Source of the DNA: Alphaproteobacteria bacterium
GTDB lineage: Bacteria > Pseudomonadota > Alphaproteobacteria > RF32 > CAG-239
Direction: 5' to 3'
NCBI GenBank assembly: GCA_017528205.1
Contig: JAFXPE010000032.1
Span: 225,517-289,516, forward strand
Length of the DNA: 64,000 nucleotides
Part shown: one piece after another, positions 26,924 through 36,927 of the stretch
Position numbering within the stretch: position 1 is the first letter of the stretch
Layout of the letters: every line of letters begins with the position of its first letter
Notes under the pieces: model-generated
What the model saw: the letters and a program-made list of their open reading frames with translations, nothing else
Told to the model about the DNA's origin: nothing
Databases searched by the model: none
Made by a program: the position numbers and the translations under genes

Positions 26924-28447
26924 GGCATGAGAAGTATCAATAAATTACAAATAATGACATTGGTTTGTCTTATAACATTATTTATAAGCACACCGGCGTT
27001 TTGTGATGCCGGAGCCACATCCTCGTCTGCAAATGACGAAATTCAAACAAAGGTAACGACAAACAAAAACGGCACCGAAACAACGCAAACCTCAAGCGGA
27101 TATTCCACCGGCCAAGTCGGCGGTTCAGGCGGCAGCAGTAAAAGTGCTTCAACTCCGGCAACGACCGGCGGCAGCGGAAGTTCGAGCGGCACCGGCACCA
27201 GCTCCGGTACCGGCACCGGTTCAAGCTCCGATGCAAATTCCGGCTCATCTAATGGCGATAATAAAGATGCTGAGGATGTGAATTATACCGGTGTTTACAA
27301 AGGACATCAGGTTTTGCCGGATTTGATGATGATATACTGCAAGGTGAATGCCGAAGATATTATCGCTGACGTAACCAAGTTGGAAGCCTGCATTAAAAAA
27401 TATGTAACGGCCATTAACAACAGCAACGCCTCGGTTAAGTCGGAAGGTATTCACGACTTTAACACCCTGCGTTATAAAACTTTGGTTGACGTTATGGGTA
27501 CGGCGGTTACCAAACTGGGCAGCGTTGCTGAATTTGAAGAAGATATGAATAAACACGGCGAAGCCGCGGAAAAAATGAAAACAAATTTTGAAACCGAAGG
27601 TGTGCTTATCGCTACTCAGGGATTTTCAACCAAAGTAATGAACAGCATTCGTGAATTATATGCCGATATTTTGAAATATCAGGCCATTGACGGTATGGTA
27701 AACATTGATCCTTCCGCAATTTTGGACGAGGACGAACAGGTAGATGAAAACGGCAATAAGGTTGAAAACGGCGGTAACACCAGCGCCGACCAAACTTCGG
27801 AAAAGGCTCAAACCTCAGCACTTGCCGGCGATAGCGAAGGCGGCGATGAAGAAGTCGGCGGAGATGGTGAAAACGAGGCCATAGACGGTGGCACGTTGCC
27901 GGAAGTGACTGTACCTGGTTCGTCAAAGTTGGATAAATACGAAAATATGTCGCCGGAAGAATTTGCCAATAATAAAGATGAAGTTGCCCAACTCAGAAAA
28001 GATTTGACCGATGCTATGAACGATCCGGATGCTTCGGATACGGAAATTGCCAACGCGCAAAAGGCTTTGGACAGATTGGGAGAAATTGAGGCGCAAAAAG
28101 CCAACTGGGGCGGCGCCGATGAATTTCAGGAGGTTCCAGAAAGCGACAGTCAGAGCAGTAGCCAAGGCGATAGCAATACCCAAAGCAACAGCGAAGACGC
28201 AACGCGCTCACAACATGACAGCGATTTGTCTTCGGCTCAAAATCTTTCGCAAGGCAACTATGTTAACGCGCTGAATGCGTATCGTGGAATTTTGGATAAT
28301 GCTGATTCTACGGAAGAACAGAAGAAACAGGCTCAATATTATATAGATGTGTTAAACGAGGCGGCGCCACAGGTGTTTAAAGATAAATCATGCTCGCAAA
28401 TGAAGCGCGAACTCGGCTTAAGCATCAGTTGCAATGATTGGAAATAG
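26924..28447 (+). CDS. Secreted acidic protein with an N-terminal Ser/Gly/Thr-rich region
   Basis: The signal is MRSINKLQIMTLVCLITLFISTPAFC. It is followed by ...SSGTGTSSGTGTGSSS... and a D/E-rich remainder. Function is unknown. Confidence 0.4.
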   Translation, partial: GMRSINKLQIMTLVCLITLFISTPAFCDAGATSSSANDEIQTKVTTNKNGTETTQTSSGYSTGQVGGSGGSSKSASTPATTGGSGSSSGTGTSSGTGTGSSSDANSGSSNGDNKDAEDVNYTGVYKGHQVLPDLMMIYCKVNAEDIIADVTKLEACIKKYVTAINNSNASVKSEGIHDFNTLRYKTLVDVMGTAVTKLGSVAEFEEDMNKHGEAAEKMKTNFETEGVLIATQGFSTKVMNSIRELYADILKYQAIDGMVNIDPSAILDEDEQVDENGNKVENGGNTSADQTSEKAQTSALAGDSEGGDEEVGGDGENEAIDGGTLPEVTVPGSSKLDKYENMSPEEFANNKDEVAQLRKDLTDAMNDPDASDTEIANAQKALDRLGEIEAQKANWGGADEFQEVPESDSQSSSQGDSNTQSNSEDATRSQHDSDLSSAQNLSQGNYVNALNAYRGILDNADSTEEQKKQAQYYIDVLNEAAPQVFKDKSCSQMKRELGLSISCNDWK

Positions 28448-28492
28448 CGGAAAAACGGAGAGGATGAAAACGAAAAGGATAGGAGAAGCAAT

Positions 28493-30040
28493 ATGAAGAA
28501 AAAGATAGCGACATTGTTGGTTGCCTTGCTGGTTTTGTTTCCTAAAACCTCTCGTGCCGATTTGGATGTTCTTTCCATTTTTCAGGATGTCTTAAAAACT
28601 TTCCAAGAAAAAATGAATACGGTGGTGCACACCTATCTCGGATATCAAATCAACTTGCAGGAATTGGCCTTAAACGGAAATATTGTGGAACAATTGAAAG
28701 CGCAAGTTAAAAACGAGCTTAACGCCCGTAGCGCCGCATTTTTGGGAGATTTGAAAAATCAGGCCGGCAGTGCGTTTAACGAGTTTTTGAATACCAGACT
28801 GAGCAATGTTTCTCTGCCGGGAATTGCGTCGGGCGTAAACCTGGGTGAATACGTTTCTCCGCAATTAAAGCAACAGATCGGATTGACTTATTTCAAGCGC
28901 CAGAACGTACAAAACGATGTTCAGGTCACGGTGGCCACAGACTTAAAGAACAACAATCTTTTGGTTGAAAATTTGGCCATAATTTTTGCCAACGGCTTGG
29001 TTAATCGTAAAAAACTCATGGACGAAGCCGCAAGCATCAAAGAAGAAGATGATAAACAAGAAAAAGAAGATAAAGAATCCAATCCGGATGTTAACACGGT
29101 AAAATGGCGCTATGGTGAGGCCTTGCGACGGGCAAACCATCGCTGGCTTGAAATTATGGGCTTTGAAGCGGCCTATCGTAAGACACTCAGCGAAATGTTG
29201 ATGACCGGCGGTCGTATTGATGACATTTCCGAAATTATCAGCGAAGATGAGCAAAAGGCTATGGAAAATATGGCGAACAACCCAAACCAACAGGGTAATC
29301 CGCTCAATACCAACAATCCGCTCGGCGGCATTAATCCGGCTGATCTCGGAAATATCGGCAAAAATATTTTGAATGACATCAAAAACGGCAATTATTCCAA
29401 TGCGTTCAACAATGCCGCTGGCCTGTATTCCAATTCAGCCGGAAGCAGAGAGGGTGTGAACAATGTTCTAGGTCAGGTATCCACAGGTTTGGGCTCGGCT
29501 CAAAATGCGTATAACAGCGCCGCATCCGGTAATATCGGCGGAGCCGTCGGAGCCGCGGCCGGAGGTGCCGGAACGCTGAGCGGAAGTGAAGCGGTTGCGG
29601 GAGCTGCGGGTGGTGCCGGTAGTGCCTTGAATTCTGCCTTGTCGGGAGATTGGAATAAGGCCATTTCCGGCGGTGCGGCAACAGCCGGAGGAGCCGTGGG
29701 CGGAACCACCGGAAACGAAGTCGGCGCTTTGGGCAGTATTGCCGGCGGAGCCGCGGGAGTAGCCACACAGGGCGGTAATTTGGAACAGATTATCGGCAAC
29801 ACCGCCAACAATAGCGGAATCAGAAACGGAATAAATGCTTTAGGCAACGGCAACCAAAATGCCGGACAAGGTTCTGCTCAGGGAAGTGGCAATGATGCCT
29901 CGGCAAACAGCAACGGCAGTTCGACCGGAGGCACCTCAACCGGCACTAATTCAACCGGACAAAGCGGAACTGATGCAACGGGTTCAGCCGGATCTTCAAA
30001 TCGCCACAGCAGTCCGGCCAGCGGAACGGAGGATAAGTAA
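28493..30040 (+). CDS. Secreted protein with a long Gly/Ala/Asn/Ser low-complexity C-terminus
   Basis: The signal is MKKKIATLLVALLVLFPKTSRA, with RBS aggag upstream. The C-terminal roughly 230 aa are G/A/N/S/T low-complexity. Confidence 0.4.
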   Translation: MKKKIATLLVALLVLFPKTSRADLDVLSIFQDVLKTFQEKMNTVVHTYLGYQINLQELALNGNIVEQLKAQVKNELNARSAAFLGDLKNQAGSAFNEFLNTRLSNVSLPGIASGVNLGEYVSPQLKQQIGLTYFKRQNVQNDVQVTVATDLKNNNLLVENLAIIFANGLVNRKKLMDEAASIKEEDDKQEKEDKESNPDVNTVKWRYGEALRRANHRWLEIMGFEAAYRKTLSEMLMTGGRIDDISEIISEDEQKAMENMANNPNQQGNPLNTNNPLGGINPADLGNIGKNILNDIKNGNYSNAFNNAAGLYSNSAGSREGVNNVLGQVSTGLGSAQNAYNSAASGNIGGAVGAAAGGAGTLSGSEAVAGAAGGAGSALNSALSGDWNKAISGGAATAGGAVGGTTGNEVGALGSIAGGAAGVATQGGNLEQIIGNTANNSGIRNGINALGNGNQNAGQGSAQGSGNDASANSNGSSTGGTSTGTNSTGQSGTDATGSAGSSNRHSSPASGTEDK

Positions 30041-30041
30041 G

Positions 30042-31316
30042 ATGAAAAAATGGGTTAAAAAAATAGGAATTTCCGCTGTTTGTCTGATGTTGGCGCAAAC
30101 CGTTTGCGTGATGCCGGCACATGCCTTTATCAAACTTGATTTCACCGGTCCGGTGGCTGATATTTTGGATAAAATTAAGCAAGAAAAAATCAAATATGAA
30201 GAATGGTACAAGAGCCAGCTGGAAAAGTTAAATCAAAAAGTGTTAAAAGCTTTCGGAGCCGAGGGTGCGGAGTTGTTCAAAAGCGTTACCAGCAACGCCA
30301 CTTCTATTGTTACCAGCGCGGCCAAAGGCCAATTTAATGCCGGTGACTTTACCGCCAAAGGTTTTATGAGCGCGATGGGAGCTCAACTCGGAAATTATAA
30401 GCTGGATTACGCCAATATCTTAAATCAAATGCAAGACTACGTCAACGCTCAAGAACGCGCAAAACTGGATAAGAAAGCGGCGATGGAAACCGAATTGCTT
30501 AAGCTTTCGTCACAAAGAGCCGCGCTGAACGATTTGATTGCGCAAAATCCGGACGATCCGGGCAATGCCGACCGCTTAAAACAAATGGACGAGTTGGATA
30601 AGGCAATGGCCGACTTGCAAAAGCAAATCAAGGATAATGACGAGCAACAGGTTGCCGATGACGAAAACACCAAGAGTTTGGAAAACAAAATGAAAAGTTT
30701 GCAAGACCAAATCAGCAACATTACGGCGCAAACTTCGCAGGATAACCTGATGAAATCTTTGCAACTTGAAACCTCAAAGCTTTTCGGACACGGTACCGCC
30801 GCGGCGCAAGAAGAAGACAATAAAGAATTATACGAAACAGCATTAAGCAAGCTGTTCTTGGCCGAAGATGAGGCTGAAAATACGCAGAATGTGGCGCGAA
30901 TTATGAAGATTCGCAAAAAAGAATATTATGATGCGCTGAAAAATTCTTTGGAAACCGTTATTACCACTTATGGCAGTATTGAGGAAATATCTGAGCGTAG
31001 CAAAGCTTGCGGCGAAGCCTCTACCAAAATGGCCAACGGCGTGTTCGGTGCATCGGCAATGCGCATTTGCACCGAGTTGCAAAACACCAAAATAGCGGCT
31101 CGATACATGGAAATTCTGTTGGCTCTGATTCGTTATGAAACAACGTCTGAAATGCAAATCTGGACCAACAAATATAAATTGAAAGATTATGAAAAAGATG
31201 TAACCAAGTTCAATTTGGACGATTACATTTTGAAAAAAGAAAGTATGCTTAAAAAAGGCAAAAACAAATTAAATCAAGCAATTGATAACAAATTAAACAG
31301 CTTAACTGGTATGTAG
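30042..31316 (+). CDS. Secreted coiled-coil protein
   Basis: The true start MKKWVKKIGISAVCLMLAQTVCVMPAHA (a signal peptide) lies just after the stop of the previous gene. The listed ORF 29859.. carries a spurious N-terminal extension that overlaps the previous gene. Confidence 0.4.
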   Translation: MKKWVKKIGISAVCLMLAQTVCVMPAHAFIKLDFTGPVADILDKIKQEKIKYEEWYKSQLEKLNQKVLKAFGAEGAELFKSVTSNATSIVTSAAKGQFNAGDFTAKGFMSAMGAQLGNYKLDYANILNQMQDYVNAQERAKLDKKAAMETELLKLSSQRAALNDLIAQNPDDPGNADRLKQMDELDKAMADLQKQIKDNDEQQVADDENTKSLENKMKSLQDQISNITAQTSQDNLMKSLQLETSKLFGHGTAAAQEEDNKELYETALSKLFLAEDEAENTQNVARIMKIRKKEYYDALKNSLETVITTYGSIEEISERSKACGEASTKMANGVFGASAMRICTELQNTKIAARYMEILLALIRYETTSEMQIWTNKYKLKDYEKDVTKFNLDDYILKKESMLKKGKNKLNQAIDNKLNSLTGM

Positions 31317-31325
31317 GAGGGTGTC

Positions 31326-34300
31326 ATGAAAAAGATAATATATTCCATAGCGGTGTTTTTAACCAGTATCGGTATAACGCGTAATGCATACGCGATGTGG
31401 CCGGATCTCACGCCACTAATTCCGCTTGCACCGCAATTTTGCGCAATGTGCACGCCTTCGGCTGTTATGACGGCGCTTTCCTATGCACAACAGGTAAAAG
31501 CCATTAAAGACGACTTGACCAAGTTTACGGATATGTCGCAATTAAAACAGATGGCGACATCGTACCTTCCGAAAATGGGCGCAACGGCCTTAAACGCTGC
31601 TCGGAAAAAGCCTGCAGCCAAGAAAAAGGTAATTTCTTTTTCGCGCACCATAGAAGAATGTACGGTTGCCGACATTAAAGATCCGAATTCGGTTAAAGAT
31701 GCCTTTATTAAGCTGTTTATGCAATACCCTTCCAAAAAGAACAGCGTGAAAGCCGCTTATGCCGAAATGGGCGAGCAGCTCAAAATGGATACCACGTTAG
31801 AGATGTTTATTACCGCCAAAGAAATGGAAAAAGAGTTGCTGGGCAAAGAGCCGGGCAAAGACATTAAACCTACGGCACAGAATTTGGCTGATTTGGGCAT
31901 CTTAAAGCAAATAGATTTGATTGAAAGTTGCTTGGTAGAAGGCAAAAATTGTGATGTTATCGGCTTGGATGCCTGTGTTGAAAGCAAAAAAGGCAGCAAG
32001 TCTGAAGAAGGCCAAGAAAATGACGAAGATAACGTTTGCTATTGGAACAGCGCTTTGCAGGCAGAAAAGTTTTATGATGCGGTGATGCGTTATAATGAAT
32101 TTTTGGTTTCGATGCATGCGCAATATCAGGCAGTTTTGGGTATCGAAAAATTGGCTAAAATTCGCGAAAAAGGCGATACCGAAAACGATGGCAGCAGCAA
32201 CAATAATAACAACAGTTCGTCGTTACAGATTGTTCCGCAAACTCAAGACTATGCTTCCGGTATAATTTTTGCCGATATGGCTTTTGCCGATATGACTGAC
32301 GCCGATAAACAGGCCGAAGATGATTTGCGCGATTATAACAATGCCTTGTCGACGCATGAAAATGTGTTGGGCGGCGAATTTGAAGAAACCGGCGAAGCTG
32401 CGGGCTATGAAAGCCCTCTGGATGGCAGAGAAGACGATTTGGAAAGCGCTGCCTTATTGGCTGAAGTTCAAGACGACTTAAACAAGGCGATGCGAGTACA
32501 TAATTTGAAGCAATTACTTCCGGATTATCGTCGTGTTTACAAAGATTATAATACTGCCAAAAAGCAACATGAATTGGCTTTGGAAAACGTAGCCATTTCC
32601 GGAGAGTGCATTACCCGTATGCTGGAGCCGTATTATTCCAATGCGGCGGTTGCATGGCACGGAAACGACTGCCGATATTTGGAAAAAGGCAAATTGATTT
32701 GTCACTACAAGCCGGAGCAGACTTTTGATGAGAACAATGCGGAAAATGAAGGCGATTTGAATACGGCATGTCCGGGAGATGAGGGCCATAAATGTTACAT
32801 CATCTCGCTGGATGAGGCGCAAACCAAGGCTAAAGGTATTTCCGGTTATTTGACGACATTGTACGCCAAGGCCAAGGATATGGAAGCGACTGCTGACACG
32901 GATTCGTACATCAACGCTCAAACCGAAGAAGGCAGAGCAGATGCCAATGTTGCGCGCACAACCATTACTTCGGACTTTAATCAGGAAGAAGGCGAAGACA
33001 TTTATGTTGCCGACCGTGACCAAGATGAAAAAGACAACGGCGATAGTCAACTCGGACTTTTGCATCAGGCTGTTTCGCAGGAAGACGGTCATGCCGACGA
33101 TGAATCTTCGGCACACCTTAAAAATCAGCGTCAGGGCGATGAAGAAAAAGAAAATGCTCGCAAAGACGGCATCTTGCGTTGGGTTCTCGGTTCGTTGGCC
33201 GCCAAAGAAGTGGCAATCGACCTGGGTACCGGAGCCGACAATTTCGGCAACCGCAAGGGTAATTTCCCGCTGTGGACGGATCAGAAAATATTTTACGATC
33301 AATACATTGACGGCAAATACGATAACATCAAGGAATATATCGAAACCCTGCCGGTGTCGGAAATTGTGTTGAATATGGCTGGAACTTTCAACGAAATCTA
33401 TCCTTATCAGGATAAGATTAAAAACGGTGTGGTAGTTAAAACTGCCGAGGAGTTACGTACCAAAAACGGCAAAGATATCGCCAAAGCCCAAAATGCTTCA
33501 AAGCCGTTGGGTTCTGACGAAGATGCTTTGATTGAGGCCAAATTGGCGGAAGAAGATGCTTTATTTGCCAATATTACCAATAAATACAACAACGATATTG
33601 CCGCTATCAAAGCGCAAATAGAGCGCAAATACGATGAGCTTGACAGGAATAACGCCGCTTTGGATGAAAAGAATCAAAAGTATAATGAAAACAATTCGGT
33701 GATTAAGGCTGCCGACGCAACCTCTGCTGAAGCCAATGCCGCGGTTGAATATGGCGACAGCTTGTATGCCGACCGCGAATTGACCGAAGATGCACCGCAA
33801 AATACCAAAGATCAGTCCGATCCGGAAGTTATCGGCTTTAAGACCAAAGACAATCGCAATGATGCCGAAAAATCCGAGGCCGTAACCAAAAAGGCCGAAG
33901 CGGCAGATACGGCGGCGGAAGAAGCAAGAGCAAAAGCTTTGGACGAAGAGATAAAAGAACTCAAAAAACAAATAGAAGCCAGACGCATCCAATATGTTAA
34001 AGATTTGAGTGATGCAGAAATTGCCGCGCACGAATCCTTTAAAACATTTTCTGAAGAATTGAAGGCCGCGCGCGTTATCAACAACTCTATCAGCAACAGC
34101 TTAACCGCGATATCTCCGGTGGGGTTGGCGGCACAAGTTGCCGAGTGTGTTCGCACTTATGCAATCAAAGAGGTTGCAGAGGCCAAATCTAAGCTTGATG
34201 CAATGAAAAATAATGGCGAGCTTTACAGTCGGGAATATGCCGAAAAAGTCCACACCATTCACACGGATATGATTGATAAAATCACCGAGATTGATTTGGA

Positions 34301-35807
34301 TGAATTGGCTGAAAGCTGCCCGGTTATTGCCCAATTGCAAGAAATGGCAAAGACTTTCCAAGATAAACAACTGGAAGAAAATCCAAATCAAGAGCCGAGC
34401 GATCCGCTGGATGTGATTACCGAGATTTTGAATATTTTGAACAAAACCTGCGATGATGTGGAATGCAAAGAATCCGACAATGAATATTTTGTGGGTGCAA
34501 TCGGCTTGCCTCGTGATATGAAGGCTCCGAACCAAGCCACGGAATTTGCCTCGATTCCGCTGCGTGAAATCTTCCACTTTGATGTGTATGATTACAACAA
34601 TTTGGCGAAATATTACGACGGCGACATCAACGATGTTAAGAGCAATTTGGATTTATATACCAGCGCGGTTAACGTTTTGGAATACTTAAACAGCGATGCT
34701 CGCAACGGCGAATACGGTTCAACCGTTCCGGAAATCTGGCTCAAGATTTTACAACGCCATGCGTTTGTACAAAAGGAGTTTGATTTGGTTGACTTGCTGA
34801 GCGGTACGGAAGATATCACCAACAGCACTCGCAAAGCGCTGTCACGTTCCGGCGTGTTCCCGTGCCGTGTAGGTTCGCACATTGTAGATGTTTCGCTCGA
34901 TTTGGATTATATGGTTGATGATACCAAAGATGCAAACAAATACTATGACCTTCCGACTTGCCAAGGTTTGATAATCAAAGAGGTGGACGGTAAGCGTGTG
35001 GTATTTGATGAAGAAGTCGGCGGCGGCAACTTGAACCTCGATCCTCCGGGATTTACCGGCAACGTTGTTCGCGCCAGCGAGCTCGGCAACATTTTAGCCT
35101 ATACGCCGGACAAAGACGCGTTAATCAAAGCTAAGTTGCAGAATCCGGGATTGACCATGGAAGATGTTAACGCTTTGCCGCACAGATTGACCTTTAATGC
35201 CAATTTGATGCGCGCGGTCAAGACTATTGTCGAAACCGAAGATGTGGGCAAAGAAGGACACGAGGCTGAAGATTCACTGTTCTATCTGGCCAGCCGCGTA
35301 ATGTTGGAACGCAACCAGTTCGGTGATTATTTGGATCAGCTCGAAAATGAATCCATTAAAGCCGATGAGTTGCAAAAATTTGAAAAGCAAATTTACGACA
35401 TTCGCACCAGCCTTTTGGAAGTGTTTGCGGATACCGGTTTTGAATTGGGTGAAGATTTCGACTTAACCGATGAAGAGGACTACGCTCAGGCTGAAAGTAC
35501 CTTGAACAGCCAAAAAGATATTTATGTGAACCAATCCATAAATAAACTGGGACAAGTCAAGGGAACTACGCAAATGGTGGCGGATAAACTCAGCAAATTG
35601 CTGACCAAAATAAGCATCCTCAGCTTAGACAGCGATGAAGTTGTGGCCATTACCGGTGAAGAAACCGAAAGCGAGCTAAGAGAAAAAATTGACGAGAGCA
35701 AGGCCAACAACGCGGTGGGTGAGGAATATACCAAAGAAAAAGAAAAAGAAACCGAGCGTCGCTTAGAGCGCTATCGTCGCCCATATTGCGCGGTTTATCC
35801 TAAATAA
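31326..35807 (+). CDS. Giant (1493 aa) secreted, highly acidic protein
   Basis: The signal is MKKIIYSIAVFLTSIGITRNAYA. It is hydrophilic and D/E-rich throughout, with coiled-coil stretches and several Cys pairs. No TM segments were seen, so it is not a VirB6 homologue. Confidence 0.45.
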   Translation: MKKIIYSIAVFLTSIGITRNAYAMWPDLTPLIPLAPQFCAMCTPSAVMTALSYAQQVKAIKDDLTKFTDMSQLKQMATSYLPKMGATALNAARKKPAAKKKVISFSRTIEECTVADIKDPNSVKDAFIKLFMQYPSKKNSVKAAYAEMGEQLKMDTTLEMFITAKEMEKELLGKEPGKDIKPTAQNLADLGILKQIDLIESCLVEGKNCDVIGLDACVESKKGSKSEEGQENDEDNVCYWNSALQAEKFYDAVMRYNEFLVSMHAQYQAVLGIEKLAKIREKGDTENDGSSNNNNNSSSLQIVPQTQDYASGIIFADMAFADMTDADKQAEDDLRDYNNALSTHENVLGGEFEETGEAAGYESPLDGREDDLESAALLAEVQDDLNKAMRVHNLKQLLPDYRRVYKDYNTAKKQHELALENVAISGECITRMLEPYYSNAAVAWHGNDCRYLEKGKLICHYKPEQTFDENNAENEGDLNTACPGDEGHKCYIISLDEAQTKAKGISGYLTTLYAKAKDMEATADTDSYINAQTEEGRADANVARTTITSDFNQEEGEDIYVADRDQDEKDNGDSQLGLLHQAVSQEDGHADDESSAHLKNQRQGDEEKENARKDGILRWVLGSLAAKEVAIDLGTGADNFGNRKGNFPLWTDQKIFYDQYIDGKYDNIKEYIETLPVSEIVLNMAGTFNEIYPYQDKIKNGVVVKTAEELRTKNGKDIAKAQNASKPLGSDEDALIEAKLAEEDALFANITNKYNNDIAAIKAQIERKYDELDRNNAALDEKNQKYNENNSVIKAADATSAEANAAVEYGDSLYADRELTEDAPQNTKDQSDPEVIGFKTKDNRNDAEKSEAVTKKAEAADTAAEEARAKALDEEIKELKKQIEARRIQYVKDLSDAEIAAHESFKTFSEELKAARVINNSISNSLTAISPVGLAAQVAECVRTYAIKEVAEAKSKLDAMKNNGELYSREYAEKVHTIHTDMIDKITEIDLDELAESCPVIAQLQEMAKTFQDKQLEENPNQEPSDPLDVITEILNILNKTCDDVECKESDNEYFVGAIGLPRDMKAPNQATEFASIPLREIFHFDVYDYNNLAKYYDGDINDVKSNLDLYTSAVNVLEYLNSDARNGEYGSTVPEIWLKILQRHAFVQKEFDLVDLLSGTEDITNSTRKALSRSGVFPCRVGSHIVDVSLDLDYMVDDTKDANKYYDLPTCQGLIIKEVDGKRVVFDEEVGGGNLNLDPPGFTGNVVRASELGNILAYTPDKDALIKAKLQNPGLTMEDVNALPHRLTFNANLMRAVKTIVETEDVGKEGHEAEDSLFYLASRVMLERNQFGDYLDQLENESIKADELQKFEKQIYDIRTSLLEVFADTGFELGEDFDLTDEEDYAQAESTLNSQKDIYVNQSINKLGQVKGTTQMVADKLSKLLTKISILSLDSDEVVAITGEETESELREKIDESKANNAVGEEYTKEKEKETERRLERYRRPYCAVYPK

Positions 35808-35821
35808 GTAGAGAGGTTATT

Positions 35822-36574
35822 GTGGCACAGTTAGGCGATGGAACAAAAAAGATATTGTTAGCGGGACAATCACCGGTAAAACAGGCAGCATATCAGCCTC
35901 ATTTTATCAGCGACGCCAAACAAGATAGCTATTCGGGCAAGGAAGTTTATTTCCGTTGGCTTTCGAGGTTGGTTGTGTTATGTGCGATTGTTTCGCTGAC
36001 ATTCTTTTTGTGTTCGACTATGGTTATCTTCCGCTTGGCTCCGGAGATTGTGGTTGAACCGCTTTTAATTATCAATCAGAGTGATTCCGAAAGCATGGCG
36101 CGTTATGAGCCGATAACTGAGCGTATGCCGTCACTTCGCCAGTTGACCGAAATGTTTATCAAACAATATATAATCATGCGCAACACGGTCATCAATGACG
36201 CTCAGGAAATGCGCACCCGCTGGGGACCGGGCGGCATTGTTCATTATATGTCGGCTCCGGATGTTTATGCTGATTTTGTGGGACAAAATTCGCAATCGAT
36301 AAATAAAATGTTTGACAATGATTATTCCAGCGAAACGCGCATAGACGAGATTGGCAAAGAAAGTGAAACCACACCGGCGTGGACGGTTAAATTTACGGTG
36401 TTCAACCTGTCAAAAAAACGCAGTTCTGAGGGTTCGCTGACCTTAAAAACCAAGCGCTACAAGGTTTCCATAACACCGCGTTTTTATCAACAAAGAAGAA
36501 TATTCCGGCCGCGTTTGATAAATCCGCTGGGGTTTACGGTGGTTAAATATAACCAGAGCGAAATAAGTGAATAG
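35822..36574 (+). CDS. virB8: VirB8-like bitopic T4SS protein, copy 1
   Basis: It begins with a GTG start. It has a cytoplasmic N-terminus, a single TM (LSRLVVLCAIVSLTFFLCSTMVIF) and a periplasmic NTF2-like domain ending ...RPRLINPLGFTVVKYNQ, matching the conserved VirB8 NP(L/F)GF.V..Y motif. Confidence 0.6.
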   Translation: MAQLGDGTKKILLAGQSPVKQAAYQPHFISDAKQDSYSGKEVYFRWLSRLVVLCAIVSLTFFLCSTMVIFRLAPEIVVEPLLIINQSDSESMARYEPITERMPSLRQLTEMFIKQYIIMRNTVINDAQEMRTRWGPGGIVHYMSAPDVYADFVGQNSQSINKMFDNDYSSETRIDEIGKESETTPAWTVKFTVFNLSKKRSSEGSLTLKTKRYKVSITPRFYQQRRIFRPRLINPLGFTVVKYNQSEISE

Positions 36575-36611
36575 TTTGTTTAATCTATTTTAATCTTTTT
36601 ATTTTAATATA

Positions 36612-36637
36612 ATACGCAAAGGAGTATCTTTGCGTAT
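36612..36637 (+). terminator. Perfect 10-bp stem-loop (ATACGCAAAGgagtatCTTTGCGTAT) inside the operon between virB8-1 and the lipoprotein gene
   Basis: It is seen directly in the sequence. It is followed by tgttgt rather than a clean U-run. It is a candidate attenuator or RNA-processing site. Confidence 0.35.
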
Positions 36638-36722
36638 TGTTGTAATGCGTGAAATGCTGATATTTCTTGGTGTTGAGACGATTCTCAATATTTAGGGTTT
36701 AAACAGAAAGAGAGATGAAAAA

Positions 36723-36911
36723 ATGTATAAAAAATTTCTAATTCTGGCGATATTGCTGATTTTATCGGCTTGCAGTCTGTTCGGTTCGTATTATGAACCG
36801 GAAGCGGTCGGTATCGGTAAAGACGTGAATGAGCTTAAGCTTTCGCCGTGTGCTTGCATGCAGGTTGAAGTGATTAAAAATGTTCCCGATTGGTTTTGGG
36901 AAACAATTTAA
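36723..36911 (+). CDS. Small lipoprotein (VirB7-like candidate)
   Basis: Length is 62 aa. The signal peptide MYKKFLILAILLILSAC has a lipobox LSAC. The RBS is aagagag. Confidence 0.45.
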   Translation: MYKKFLILAILLILSACSLFGSYYEPEAVGIGKDVNELKLSPCACMQVEVIKNVPDWFWETI

Positions 36912-36927
36912 ACAAGGATAGTTTCAA

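Noticed and set aside
29859-30041. The N-terminal 61 codons of listed ORF 29859..31316
   Set aside because: They overlap the preceding gene in another frame and lack an RBS. A canonical signal peptide begins at the ATG at 30042, right after the upstream stop.
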